Shown here in pieces: positions 36,379 through 47,312 of a stretch of 47,312 nucleotides of DNA; the stretch's first letter is position 1; every line of letters begins with the position of its first letter. The stretch comes from Nemertoderma westbladi (Eukaryota > Animalia > Xenacoelomorpha). Location of the stretch: assembly GCA_032718475.1 (NCBI GenBank), contig JAUCBJ010003587.1, forward strand, positions 1-47,312, in the 5' to 3' direction. The notes beneath the pieces were generated by a model. It was not told the origin of the DNA and searched no databases. It was given only the letters and a program-made list of their open reading frames with translations. The translations under genes and the position numbers were made by a program.

Positions 36379-36713
36379 TTCGCACTACCAAATCGCCAGG
36401 GCGACATATTTTCCAGCTTTATATCGCAGTGCGACATTATATCTCAGTATGTCCCTACGCCATCAATTTTATGTATTTCCAGTATATCCAGTATGTCACC
36501 GCGTCATTATTATGATGTTCTAGAAAGTTTGAGCGCATAAATACAAATAATTCACCAAAAATAAATAAAATTAGATTCGCCATTGTTAATAATTAGCACA
36601 TTAAAGCTTTTACGGCCCTCGTTCTATATGTCCCTCGCTGTGGCTCGGGAAACAGAATCACTCGTGCCGTAACGCTATAAAGTGCAATTTTATGAACAAT
36701 GACGTATATAGTT
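36379..36713 (+). mobile_element. Non-autonomous element with a large terminal hairpin (Crypton-like architecture, tentative); partial second copy at ~42103-42330
   Basis: TTTCGCACTACCA..CAGTATGTCACC..TTCTAGAAA..CCATTGTT.ATAATTAGCAC is shared with 42103-42270; hairpin centred on CTCGCTGTGGCTCG ends in ATAGTTA. Confidence 0.5.
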
Positions 36714-37163
36714 AGTACGTTATGTTAACATGCCTTTTATTTAATAATTCCGGTACAATTCTTATGGAACTTATTCAATATTTCGTTTATTTTTATTTAA
36801 ACTATTGTGCCTGTATGATTAATAAGTCTCATTTAATAGTGTGCCATTGAAAGTAATCAATATTATATTATATTGAATTGAATTTTGAAATTTTATGACA
36901 TTTACATGAAAACTATGCCACTTTAATTCAAATTATGATAAATTATTCAAATTATTAGACGTCATCACGTCAATTTAAAGTTTTGCGTCTGGTTCGTAAA
37001 ACAATATGCCGCCTAAAACTAAAAAACCAAATCTAAAAACCTAAACCAAAAACCTAAAACCAAATCACATCAATTTTGCGAACCCAGTTTGTAGTCTTAT
37101 AGTGTGACCTTTGGGTTGCAGAATTGGGATGGTGTGAAAATCCCACATGCTGTACTGTAGGTA

Positions 37164-37336
37164 AGGCCGCGTTCACACTACCGAGTCAAAGTTAAAAGAC
37201 AATAAATATAGATAACAATAATAAATAATAATACATTATATAGGCCTAATATAAAACATAAGGCATTCTAAAGAAATTAAATTTAATTTGATGTGTTTTA
37301 CATTTTGTCTTTGACTCGGTAGTGTGAACGCGGCCT
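37164..37336. mobile_element. Short MITE with perfect 28-bp TIRs (Harbinger-like or TA-targeting)
   Basis: AGGCCGCGTTCACACTACCGAGTCAAAG / CTTTGACTCGGTAGTGTGAACGCGGCCT flanked by TA. Confidence 0.88.
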
Positions 37337-37454
37337 TATAGGCCTACAGTATAAATAATAGGATTAGAAATTAGTAGCTATTAATAAAATAAGCTTTTAG
37401 CTAATTTTTTCTGAATTTCTTCGATAGCCCATTCCAAGCCAAAACACCCTTCTA

Positions 37455-37632
37455 CACCATGTCCTGGTCCTGGAATATAGGCTATTGTCGTTATCAGGTA
37501 CCCCGACCCCCCCCCCCCCCCCCCAAAAAAAAATATTTTTTTTTTCTGCAAATCTTAATTTGAGGGTGAGACAGAATTTTTATTTTTGCTTTCATTATTT
37601 AGCTACAGAGCGTTTAAAAACGGTGTATCTGG
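37455..37632. mobile_element. Left-arm fragment of MITE family M
   Basis: CACCATGTCCTGG..GTCGTTATCAGGTACC, poly-C, CAGAATTTTTATT match 29884-30100. Confidence 0.75.
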
Positions 37633-37638
37633 TATCTG

Positions 37639-39093
37639 GAGCAACAGGTATGAGATTCTTGCCTCTGAGGCGGCAGATCACTGTGACGGCTATACTGCCT
37701 TCACAGAGGCAGTTAAGTTAGCAGCTGCAGAAACAGTTCCTGTATACCCTCGAAACAGGAAACGGGCCCTCTGGACTGACAACAAAATTCAGAAGTGCCG
37801 AAAGGACCTCTACAAGGCGCAGAAAGAGTCCCGACTCAAACAGACTACAGCGGCCAAGAATGCAGTTAAGGCTGCATCTAGGTCCCTGAACAGGCAGTAC
37901 TCTGTTAATTTACAGGAGCTAATAAACCAACAGGTTGATGCCATCAATGATGCTGACGACAGCAGGCAATCATCCCAGGCATGGAAATCGATCAACTTGC
38001 TTGCTGGTCGAAAAAGCCAACCAACCACCAAGGTTAAGGCTGAATCACCAGCCGATCGCCTCAATGGTTGGAAGGCCCACTTTGAAAAGCTCCTCAATAA
38101 TGACAGGGTATTGCCTGATAACTTTATAGAAGTAAAAGTGTCTGAGCCTGTACTCCCAGATATTCCCATTGGCGATATCTCCTTTGCAGAAGTGAAGGCT
38201 GCTGCAAAGAGCATTAAGACCAATCGTGCCAGTGGAGTAGATGGTGTTCCCCCTGAGGTCTTTAAAATACCTGAGTGTTTAAAGCTCATCTATTCCATCA
38301 TAGTAGACATGTACCGTTATTAACGAGCGTTATGTACATATATTGATTTTTTTTTTTTTTTTTTCGCATTTTTGCATTACGAAGCGGCGTATAATTGGAC
38401 TTAATTTTAAGTGTGTATTGGTGGAGGGTATTATTGCATTAAACGTATGTAGCCAATGTATCAATGTGTGTGTCTCTATTGGTGAAGGGTTTGAATTACA
38501 TGCGAGTTTCCATCTCAAAAATTATGTCAATAAACAACTAACTAACTAACTACCGAACAACAAGAGTCCCACAAGAAATGAAAACAAATAAGTTGGTGCC
38601 AGTTCCCAAGAAGGGCAACCTAACACTCTATGGTTCTTTTCGGGGAATCTCATTGATCTCGATTGCTGCAAAGCTATACAATAGAATTCTATTAAATCGC
38701 ATCAGGGATCCCATTGAGAGACTGCTCCGTGGAAATCAGAATGGGTTCCGTAAAGGTCGTGGGACCATGGAGCCCATTTTGGCACTTAGAAGGATAATTG
38801 AAGAGTTATCAAAAAAGAAAGACAGGCATCTGGCTGTTATCTTTGTTGACTTCTTCAAGGCCTTTGATTCAGTCTCTCGCTCACGTATGTTCAGCATACT
38901 TTCATTATATGGGATTCCTGATGAAATTATTGCAGCAATCAGATCAGTATACGATGGTTCGACAACATTTGTGTCTACTGTTGACGGTGACACAGAACCA
39001 TTTGAAGTGTTATGGGGCGTCCTCAAGGGAGACACACTTGCACCATTCTTGTTCATAATTGTTGTTGACTATGTTCTATGCATGTCCTTAGAT
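37639..39093 (+). mobile_element. Internal fragment of RTE family A (truncated at both ends), split by the 38317-38550 insertion
   Basis: ORFs 37586-38323 and 38578-39117 match 23184-24400 of the full-length copy. Confidence 0.92.
38317..38550 (+). mobile_element. Short retroposed 3' end (LINE/SINE) with AATAAA and (CTAA)n tail
   Basis: TSD TACCG at 38312-38316 and 38551-38555; ends AATAAACAACTAACTAACTAAC; the RTE sequence resumes exactly after it. Confidence 0.8.
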
Positions 39094-39144
39094 TATGAAA
39101 GATTGAGTAGATTATGAAACTACAGGTAATTGTTTCTTAAGGTG

Positions 39145-39604
39145 ACTCAACACAAACGTGCTTTGCATTCCACTGGGTGATTGGGCTGAGTTAGACTACT
39201 TCTCTGTGTATAAATTAAAAATTTCACTATTTTTTGGTAAAGTATAGGACTTTACATGCATAAACCCAAAGATTACTTGACTGAGGAATGATTATCAGTT
39301 CAAATATAGACTCATATTCTTACGGCCTACTATGACCTTAGAGTAGGCCTATTATAACACTCCTGGCTTCACATTTTACATTAATACAGTGCACTAATAT
39401 AATCGCCATTTTAATGGTAAAGTATGGGACAATTTTCAATTGGCCGCCATGATATTTCTGAGGGAGTGAAGATCAAATTAATTGTTTTATACGATGACGC
39501 AACACAAACGTGCTTTGCATTCCACTGGGTAATTAGGCTGAGTTACATCTCTGTGAATAAACTAAAAATTTCACTATTTTAGGTAAAGTATAGGACATCA
39601 CATG
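39145..39604. repeat. ~110-bp dispersed direct repeat (period ~353)
   Basis: CAACACAAACGTGCTTTGCATTCCACTGGGT..GGTAAAGTATAGGAC at ~39148 and ~39500. Confidence 0.75.
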
Positions 39605-39964
39605 ATTACAGTTACTTTATCGATTTCATTCCAGAGGAATGAAACACTGGTGAAATTAAAAGAAACCAAAAAATTCGAGAAATTGGTTTGTTTTTGATTT
39701 GGTACATGCTCAGAAATGTTAATTTATTGGTCATGGGAAGTGCCTACAGGAAACGAAACTTTTGCACATTTTTATTCACATTTTGTGCAGAACAGGTGCA
39801 TAATTTGTAATTCGACTATTTTTGAGAAACCACCTGTGTTGATACATTTTTTTAGCACTGAATTCATTAAGTACGATAAATTTTGACCTAAAATAAGTAT
39901 AAATTCAAAGCTACATCTCATTTTTCGAAATTAGTGGGGAGGGTGTGACCTTTTCATGGAATGA

Positions 39965-40600
39965 GCCTGAAAAGTAATCAATGACATGGAAACAACTTCA
40001 ATTACCGTATTCCAGAATGTATTATTTCCATTTATGTTAATGAGTGCTGCTTTATTATCCAGTTTGCAGTGACGGGACTACAGGACTAGCTACTGTATGT
40101 AAATAATTGTTTAACGTGTACTGTAATCCATTATGGCGAAACGTCTAATAGAAAAAACTAAAATGACCAAAGAAAGTGACGACAGTGTTCAGTAAAACTG
40201 AACGGACACAGACGGTGACGAAGTTTGCTTCAGTTGACTAGTCAAGATGGATCAAAGATTTATCACATCCAAGCAGGAGATAACTTCCAATAAACTTTAA
40301 TTAGATTTAGATTTAAATGTATAATTAATTCTGTGTACCTGTTAATAAATTTAACTTATATTCGATATAGTACATGATTAAAATGAACATCCATAAAATC
40401 CTTTCTTCACATACCGAACGCTGATAAGTTGGCATAATGTAACAAAATTACATACATCATTGCTTGCAAAGGTCACTTTTCAGCGTTAAAGACCCTTATT
40501 TATTTATGTAAACCTCCCTCGCTGCGCTCGCTCGGTACATAAATAAACTCGGGTCGTAACGTTGCAAAGTGCTACTTTGCACACAATGATGTAAATAGTT
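39965..40600 (+). mobile_element. Terminal-hairpin non-autonomous element (family C), copy 1
   Basis: Homologous to 42648-43040 plus 44003-44105; ends in a long hairpin centred on CTCGCTGCGCTCG and GATGTAAATAGTT. Confidence 0.7.
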
Positions 40601-41012
40601 ATTATTCCGCTGCAGCTGTAGTGTCGTTATTCAGGTACCTGCCCTGCCTCCTCCTACCAAATTTTTTTTCAAATCTATAATGAGATTACATGAAATTTGA
40701 AATAGAGTTAGTTTCTAGTTTCACCTCCCTCCTCCTTCGTGGGTGAGATATATTTTCACTTTCATTCTTTAGCTACAAACGTTTTGATAAAAGTGTCTCC
40801 GGCGAAGTTGCACCAATTACACCGTCGCAGTTATTCTTCACCCTTAGGCCTATAAGTAGTGATTCGTTTGTGGAGCCTACTATTACAAAGCTGGTTGTGC
40901 AAAGATTCCAAATATGTGACACTATCTAAATTTTGTCGTAAAATGGCTGAGATATGAGCGTTTAAAACGTATAACACTTTTGTTACATTATGTCAACTTA
41001 ACAGCGTTCTGG

Positions 41013-42580
41013 CAGTGCCGGATTAAGCCTCTGGTGGCCCTAAGGCACATTTTAGTAATTTCCAAAAATGGCCCGAAAATTGATATTATTTTTCCGCAAA
41101 TCCTTTCAAAAGAAACAGCTGCTAAAAACAACTGAAATTGTGAAAATGTTGCAATGGAAATATAAAGTATTTTCGTTGGATGACTGCGTGCAAATAATTA
41201 CTAAGTACTATTTTGTGATAGACAAAGTGTAGCAGTTACAAAATCGGTTCTAGAAGATCCAAATGGCCATGTTTTACAAACCAATATTCACGATTGTAGC
41301 CCTAAAGATGCTAAACATTTTGGTATATGTTTAATGGAAATTGAGTAAAAAATAAAAAAGTAGTAGGGAATTTAGTGATGAAAAAAGTCAAAATCGACAA
41401 GCAAAAAAAAGGTTGTTTTATACAGAGAGGCATAAATATCAGCAATATATTATGTTGTTGAAAAGAGCAGTTTTAAGGTCAAAAAATAATTCAATGTTGA
41501 AAACCGATATACCTTTTATGAACGCCCTTCTTTCAAACAGCAAAAAATTGTGTAAATTTTCGAAAATTTCATTTCTGTAGGGGTTATAGTGAGCCCCCTT
41601 AAAGCTGACTGGTCCCTGTAGGTACTGTATTTAGCAATTTTGATTGTATCGTGGGAATTTGTAATTTATATGCTGTAGGGTAGGTTTCGCAGGGTACTTA
41701 TCTTTACTGGACTTGCTGAGAAATATAACACACCAAAAGTGTGGGCTTAGTGCAAAGATATAATATTTCTAATCTATATTCGGACTTGCTGAGAAAGAAA
41801 TGTTCTTCGATAAGAGAATATTCTCGGAAATAAGCACTTTTTATCACTAATTTGAATTTGCCAAAATTCAATTATGCTGTCCGAGAGTTTTAGGTTTCGC
41901 AGGAATTGCACCTAAAATGCCATCGAATGCAAAATGCAATACACGAGGGCAGAACATCTGAATTTCGGTTAAATTAAATTAGTGACAAGAAGTTATTTCT
42001 GACACGTTTTTTTTTATCAACAACTATTTTATCTACAACTAATTTATTTATTTATCTATTAGGGCCTATATTTATAAAACTCGTTTCCGGTGAAAAAAAT
42101 TAGTTTCGCACTACCATATCTCCACGCCATACATTTACTATGTACAGTATTTCCAGTATGTCACCACATCATTATTTGGTTGTTCTAGAAAATTTAAGTT
42201 CATAACTACAAATAATTCCCCACAAATAAATAAAATTAAATTCTCCATTGTTCATAATTAGCACTTTAATGTTTTACTGCCCGCCCATGTTTTATTATTT
42301 CCCTGCCATCAGTTCTTGAACTAATAACACAAGCAGCCTGTCGGTCGATTGAGCTACAATTTTGCAATTTCTACCACAATTCTAGTGATAGGAAGTAGTC
42401 GAAAGATGGACTTTTGTTCTGTTTTCTAGAAATTTTAGTGAGAAAAAATAATAAATAATTTAAATATATTAATAAAAATAATTTTTTTTCACAGGAATGA
42501 CTCGCTGAGAAAAAATGGCCCGTATTTTCGTCTGGCCCTAAGGCACGTGCCTTATATGCCTTAAGGTTAAACCGGCACTG
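41013..42580. mobile_element. Non-autonomous hAT element
   Basis: TIR CAGTGCCGGATTAA / TTAAACCGGCACTG; 8-bp TSD CGTTCTGG at 41005-41012 and 42581-42588; subterminal TGGCCCTAAGGCAC at both ends. Confidence 0.9.
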
Positions 42581-43059
42581 CGTTCTGGTGAATTATTCGT
42601 AACGCTGCAAAGTTACTTTGCAGCGTTGCCGCCTATATGACGGAACGCTGCAAAGTAATCAATGACAGGGAAACAACTTCAATTACCGTATTTCAGAATG
42701 TATTATTTCCATTTATGTTAATGAGTGCTGCTTTATCCAGTTTGCAGTGACGGGACTAGTTACTGAATGTAAATAATTGTTTAACGTGTACTGTAATCCA
42801 TTATGGCGAAACGTCTAATAGAAACACTTTAGATAAAATGAGCAAAGAAAAAGGCGACAGTGTTCAGTAAAACTGAACGGACACAGATGGTGACTCAGTT
42901 TGCTTCAGTCGACGATGGATCAAAGATATCACATCTGTATGAGATAACTTTCAATAAAGTTAAATTATATTTATATGTATAATTAATACTGTGTACCTGT
43001 TAATAAATTTCACTTATTTTCGAAATAGTACATCATAAAATGTATAAATAATAATAAAT

Positions 43060-44003
43060 ATAAGACCGTTGTGGGGCGAGCGACGAAGTTGGCGGAGCCT
43101 TAGCGAATTGACACTGTTAGGGGGTGGGTCAATTTATGCAAATAGTTGTCGTCGTCGTCGTTGTCGTCGTCGTCGTCGTTACGATTTTGACATGCTAATA
43201 ACTTTGTCGGATTTAAAGCTGCCAAGTTGAAAATTTGTAGGTATCAATATGAGCAAAAGTTGAGATTTTTGAGAGACTTTCAGACACCATCAGTGCAATG
43301 GTCTCCCGCTAGAGGGCCACATGTCTAAACATTAAATGCCCTCCCATTTCTTTGCTTTTAATCCGTTTAAGCTGAAACTTGGCAGATATGTATTAGACCA
43401 TTAGCTGTGACTTTCAAAGGAGGCGAATCCATCTGCAGTTCTCCAGTCTGCCGCTAGAGGGCCAAAGGTCTGAAAGTGAAATCGTTGTCGTCGTTACGAT
43501 TTTGACATGCTAATAACTTTGTCGGATTTAAAGCTGCCAAGTTGAAAATTTGTAGGTATCAATATGAGCTAAAGTTGAGACGTTTGAGAGACTTTCAGAC
43601 ACCATCAGAGCAATAGTCTCCTGCTAGAGGGCCACATGTCTAAACGTTAAATGTCCTCCCATTTCTTTGCTTTTAATCCATTTATGCTGAAATTTGGCAG
43701 ATATGTACTAGACCATTAGCTGTGACTTTGAAAGAAGGAATTGAATTGAATTGAATTGAAGGCTAATCCGTGTGCAGTTCTTCAGTCTGCCGCTAGAGGG
43801 CGAAATGTTTGAAAGTGAAATCTTTCTCCCATCTCGTTATTTATGATCCGTTCAAGCTGAAACGTAGCAGATATGTAGTAGAAGTCGGCCTGAGTCTTTG
43901 GTGGGCAGTAAACGGTCTGGAGTCCTCCAGTCTGCCGCTAGAGGGCGAAATGTATAACTAAGTATAATTAAGTCACGTGCTGCGCGAAGGCCCCACTTCG
44001 TGT
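43060..44003 (+). mobile_element. Helentron/DINE-1-like non-autonomous element with (GTC)n microsatellite and internal tandem repeats
   Basis: Subterminal inverted GTGGGGC/GCCCCAC; (GTC)n at 43147-43178; ~145-170-bp repeats; 315-bp internal duplication; AT-rich insertion site. Confidence 0.6.
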
Positions 44004-46817
44004 TTATTTATGTAAACATCCTTCGCTGCGCTCGCTCGTTACATAAAAAAACTCGGGTCATAACGCTGCAAAGGGCTAATTTGCACACAATGATGTAAAT
44101 AGTTATTAAACATTTGAGAGTATTTTATTCTATTAAATAAATACAACATTATTCTGGAACATAATATTGTTTATCCCATACGTAGCTTGGAAACAATGCA
44201 ATATCTCTTTAATCATACTATTACATAGCTACTCATGCATTAATAAAATGTTCCAGAATATGTTGTATTTATTTAATAGAATAAAATAGCCTCGCTCATA
44301 TGCAAAACCTGAAAACCATACAAGTTTTAAACGCTGATATCTCAGCTATTTTAAGACGAAATTTAGATTATGTTATATATTTCGAATCCTTGTACAGCTA
44401 GCTTTCTAATAAATAGCAGGCCTACTAACAAATCACTATAATAAGGGTGAATAAGTACTGTGCAATTGGTGCAATTTCGAAGGAGACACTTTTATCAAAA
44501 CGCTTGTTGTAGCTAAAGATTGAAAGTGAAAATAATCGTTCACCCAGCAAGGTGGAGGGAGCTAACTCTCCTTAAAATTTCATGCAATCTCATTAATATT
44601 TATAGAAAGTTTTTTTGGGGCATGATTTCGGGCAGGTATCTTGAAGAACGACACTCTATTCCTATTCCAGGACATTGTGTAGTTGCATATACGATATTCA
44701 ATTTTCAATCATAAATGCTGAATCTTACTGCTGACCTATCATGGATTTCCTATTTAATGTTAAGGTTATGTTTTCCGTTTAGAAAAAGTATTTGTGAGTG
44801 CCCGGTATTTAATAGTAGGCCTGCTGTACAGTTACTGTTTATGAGATCGCACTTTCCTTGAATTCCGGAACTGGGACTGCACACACTTGTTCCATATTTT
44901 CTGTATCGAAAGTTTCAATTTTGCAAATTTGCATAATAAAATATTGGTTGATTTAGATTATTAGTGTACTGTATAGGCCTATAAAGCCATACAATAATAC
45001 ATTACAAAGGCACAGGTGACGAGAAAGGTTGCGTTGAGTCTGTTGCACAGTTAGCAAGGCCTGCAAGAGAGTGAGCGCCCTTTTAGACGCACGACCCACC
45101 ACTCACATATCGCACTCACATATCAGAGTACTTGCCATTGAATGATTGACATTTTATAACGGTAGTTGGCTAGCTTTGGTGAGCGCCGCTTTCCCATAGG
45201 GCTAATGTAAAAATACTTACTCTTGGATGGCGAATTTCTGAGTAGATAGACTTGGACCCATATGGCCCAATATGGATGGATCCAAGGGAATGATTAACGA
45301 AATCGACTACTACTGTAATTAATAAACACCGTCACCCATTTGTTCATTGGTTTACAGTACCGGTACTTCAGCCATATGGTGAATTATGACGAACTGCAAG
45401 GTGATACACAAACTCAACTCCGGCTACATATGAGCCACCGTTCACGCCGAAATTATGTCAACTTTGTATTTTATTTATATCCTATGTGTACTGTACATTC
45501 TCGGACCGAAAGTTCTCGCGCAAAAATTATCTGACTGAATTTTCAATTCCAAAGAGTTTGTAATGATTTATATGTGAATTATCTGTCGGAGAATTCTTGG
45601 ACCGGTAATTTTCAATCGGATTCAACATAGGAAATCAATAAAAATTATCGGGATTGAAAAGAATCTACATAAGATTAAGATATCGATAAGAAAGTTGACT
45701 TATATTTCCATGTGAATGGCACCTCATAGATCCATTACTGTAAAAAGTAATAGCATGTCAAAAGTCTAATGAAAATCTCAGGTTTTAATATAATATATTT
45801 TATATCTTTCACTTACCTTAATGTGTCTAGGCGTAGGCCTACACAGTAGGCCTACATGTTTCCAGTACATATACTGTAGGCCTATCATTCCTTATTGTTG
45901 AGTACAGTAATGCAATATATCCCACCGATACGACCCAACATAGGCGGCTGCTCTTTAATTAAATACCTTTGTACCCTTGAGTAAATAAATATTTTACACA
46001 GCCAGTTCAATATAATCCTGCGATTGTCGCACGTCCATAGACACACCAATATATATATACAGTAAGCTTGCATATAAGTATTATAGATACAGTAAAGCTA
46101 TCTTATTTAGTGCCCTTCATAACAATGTAATCACTTCCTGCACAGAATTTTATAGCCAGTTAAAAATATGACCAATCTCCTGAAATATTACTGTACATTT
46201 AACTCTATCTGAAAAATACCACTTTTTCTCACTAAAATTCCCACCGAAAAACTGTGAAAACTGTCACCTCAATATAACATTCTTTCACCAGCACTGCAAA
46301 CAAACTTTGGTTCACGGGCTTTCATATAATGACTCCTGATTCTGTCTGCTCTGTTATTTATATATTTATGTGTTTACCGTACAGTACAGTATATGTTAAT
46401 TTACCTATACATAAGGATTCAGGTTTTTCAATATCAACTTTAGCGCGGCACAAACTGACATTTTTTACAAATTTTAAATACACCCCATATAGGCAGTAGG
46501 CCATTTTTGCTTGAAGTATAGTGGCATCTATAATCGTCATGATGTATTGCAGCTGCTTTAAGGATGAAATGTCGGCTTATCAAAAAAATTGCGCCACCAC
46601 AACTCACTATCTCACATGATCGCGAGATTATCCGCAACTTCAAGGCCCGTGTCCTTTAAGAGGCGGCTTAAGAATGTCATGGGCTGTCTGTCATGCTTAT
46701 TTTCTCACTGAAGCCAGAAAAGGACTTAGGTTTTGTGCACTAGGTAAAAGCCATTGTACTTGACACAATGAAACCGGTCCGGACCTTCATTCTTGTGAAT
46801 GTGCCATCCAGAGATTT

Positions 46818-47131
46818 TAAAGGTATTCAAGTACCGACATGCCGACTTTAGGGCGTTCATGATTATAACTGGGGGAATTCGACAAGTCTGGAGGCTGTAC
46901 TGGATGCTAGGCCAGGCCAGTCCCAGCAAGGCCACACGCATCTGGCTGTCTGGCAGAGAGTTTCACTACCGGTAGTAGGCCGTTTTCCCTTTGTTTATTT
47001 TTGTGATACCCTGATGATGCCCCGAGGGGTGAAATTGATTGGTATGTTCAGTCATTATTAGTTTTAATTAAATATCAAACGGGCGTATAAAACTCCAACG
47101 TTATTTTATTGTTCGAATTCCCCCAGTTATA
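46818..47131 (+). mobile_element. Penelope-like pLTR fragment with an inverted terminal segment
   Basis: TSD ATCCAGAGATTT at 46806-46817 and 47132-47143; 46861-46885 is inverted to 47109-47134; contains a hammerhead. Confidence 0.75.
47006..47045 (+). ncRNA. Minimal type I hammerhead ribozyme, slightly decayed
   Basis: Stem I ATACC/GGTAT; CTGATGA plus an extra T; stem II GCCC-CGAG-GGGT; GAAA; stem III ATTGAT (one transition from the palindrome ATCGAT); triplet ATT. Confidence 0.7.
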
Positions 47132-47312
47132 ATCCAGAGATTTGGTATCCTCTGCATTTAGGGCCCAGCATGGACTCCCATATATGAGTACTGGTTGTAC
47201 CTACTGCCTGTACACGAACCTTTAATTTCTGATTTATTCTATGCGAGTACGATATCCTGAACAACCCATTCAATGATGTCTTTTTTGGATGTCATCACGT
47301 GACTTCCGGATC

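Larger units (their letters stand above)
40971..44105 (+). mobile_element. Family C element, copy 2, hosting the hAT and Helentron-like inserts
   Basis: Left end TTTTGTTACATTATGTCAACTTA is the inverted match of 40418-40447; body and terminal hairpin match copy 1. Confidence 0.7.
40621..44680. mobile_element. Second copy of MITE family M, expanded by nested insertions
   Basis: Left arm 40621-40970 and right part 44115-44680 match 29902-30824. Confidence 0.8.
46545..47312 (-). mobile_element. Older diverged 3' copy related to RTE family A, interrupted by a PLE-like insertion
   Basis: Matches 3045-3630 (TGTCCTTTAAGA, GTCATGGGCTGTC, ATTCTTGTGAATGTGCCATCCAGAGATTT, TGACTTCCGGATC) with many substitutions. 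Confidence 0.85.

Overview
AT-rich animal (probably invertebrate) nuclear DNA made almost entirely of nested transposable elements, with one recognisable host gene: an intronless LRMDA/C10orf11 homologue at 28791-29504. Retroelements: an RTE-clade LINE family (one copy with an intact APE-RT ORF at ~21721-25291, plus several truncated copies), a second RTE family, a decayed CR1 with a PHD-finger ORF1, a decayed CR1/L2-group LINE, and Penelope-like (PLE) remnants. DNA elements: hAT and pogo transposase fossils, and hAT-, piggyBac-, Sola-, Harbinger-, Helentron- and Crypton-like non-autonomous elements. There is also a 2.3-kb array of a 33-bp satellite. The most striking unannotated signal is a non-coding retro-insertion at 9211-9866. 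It holds ~1.5 copies of a 410-nt monomer, an inverted 5' segment and a 9-bp TSD, and carries a tRNA-type Pol III promoter fused directly to an intact minimal type I hammerhead ribozyme, i.e. a retrozyme/SINE-like element probably mobilised by PLEs. A second hammerhead lies in a PLE-like pLTR insertion at 47006-47045, and a possible third is split by a MITE downstream of a PLE GIY-YIG remnant. The 5' UTR of the full-length RTE is a dense array of hairpins that includes a duplicated, covarying RNA module. All calls come from reading the sequence by eye; no searches were run.
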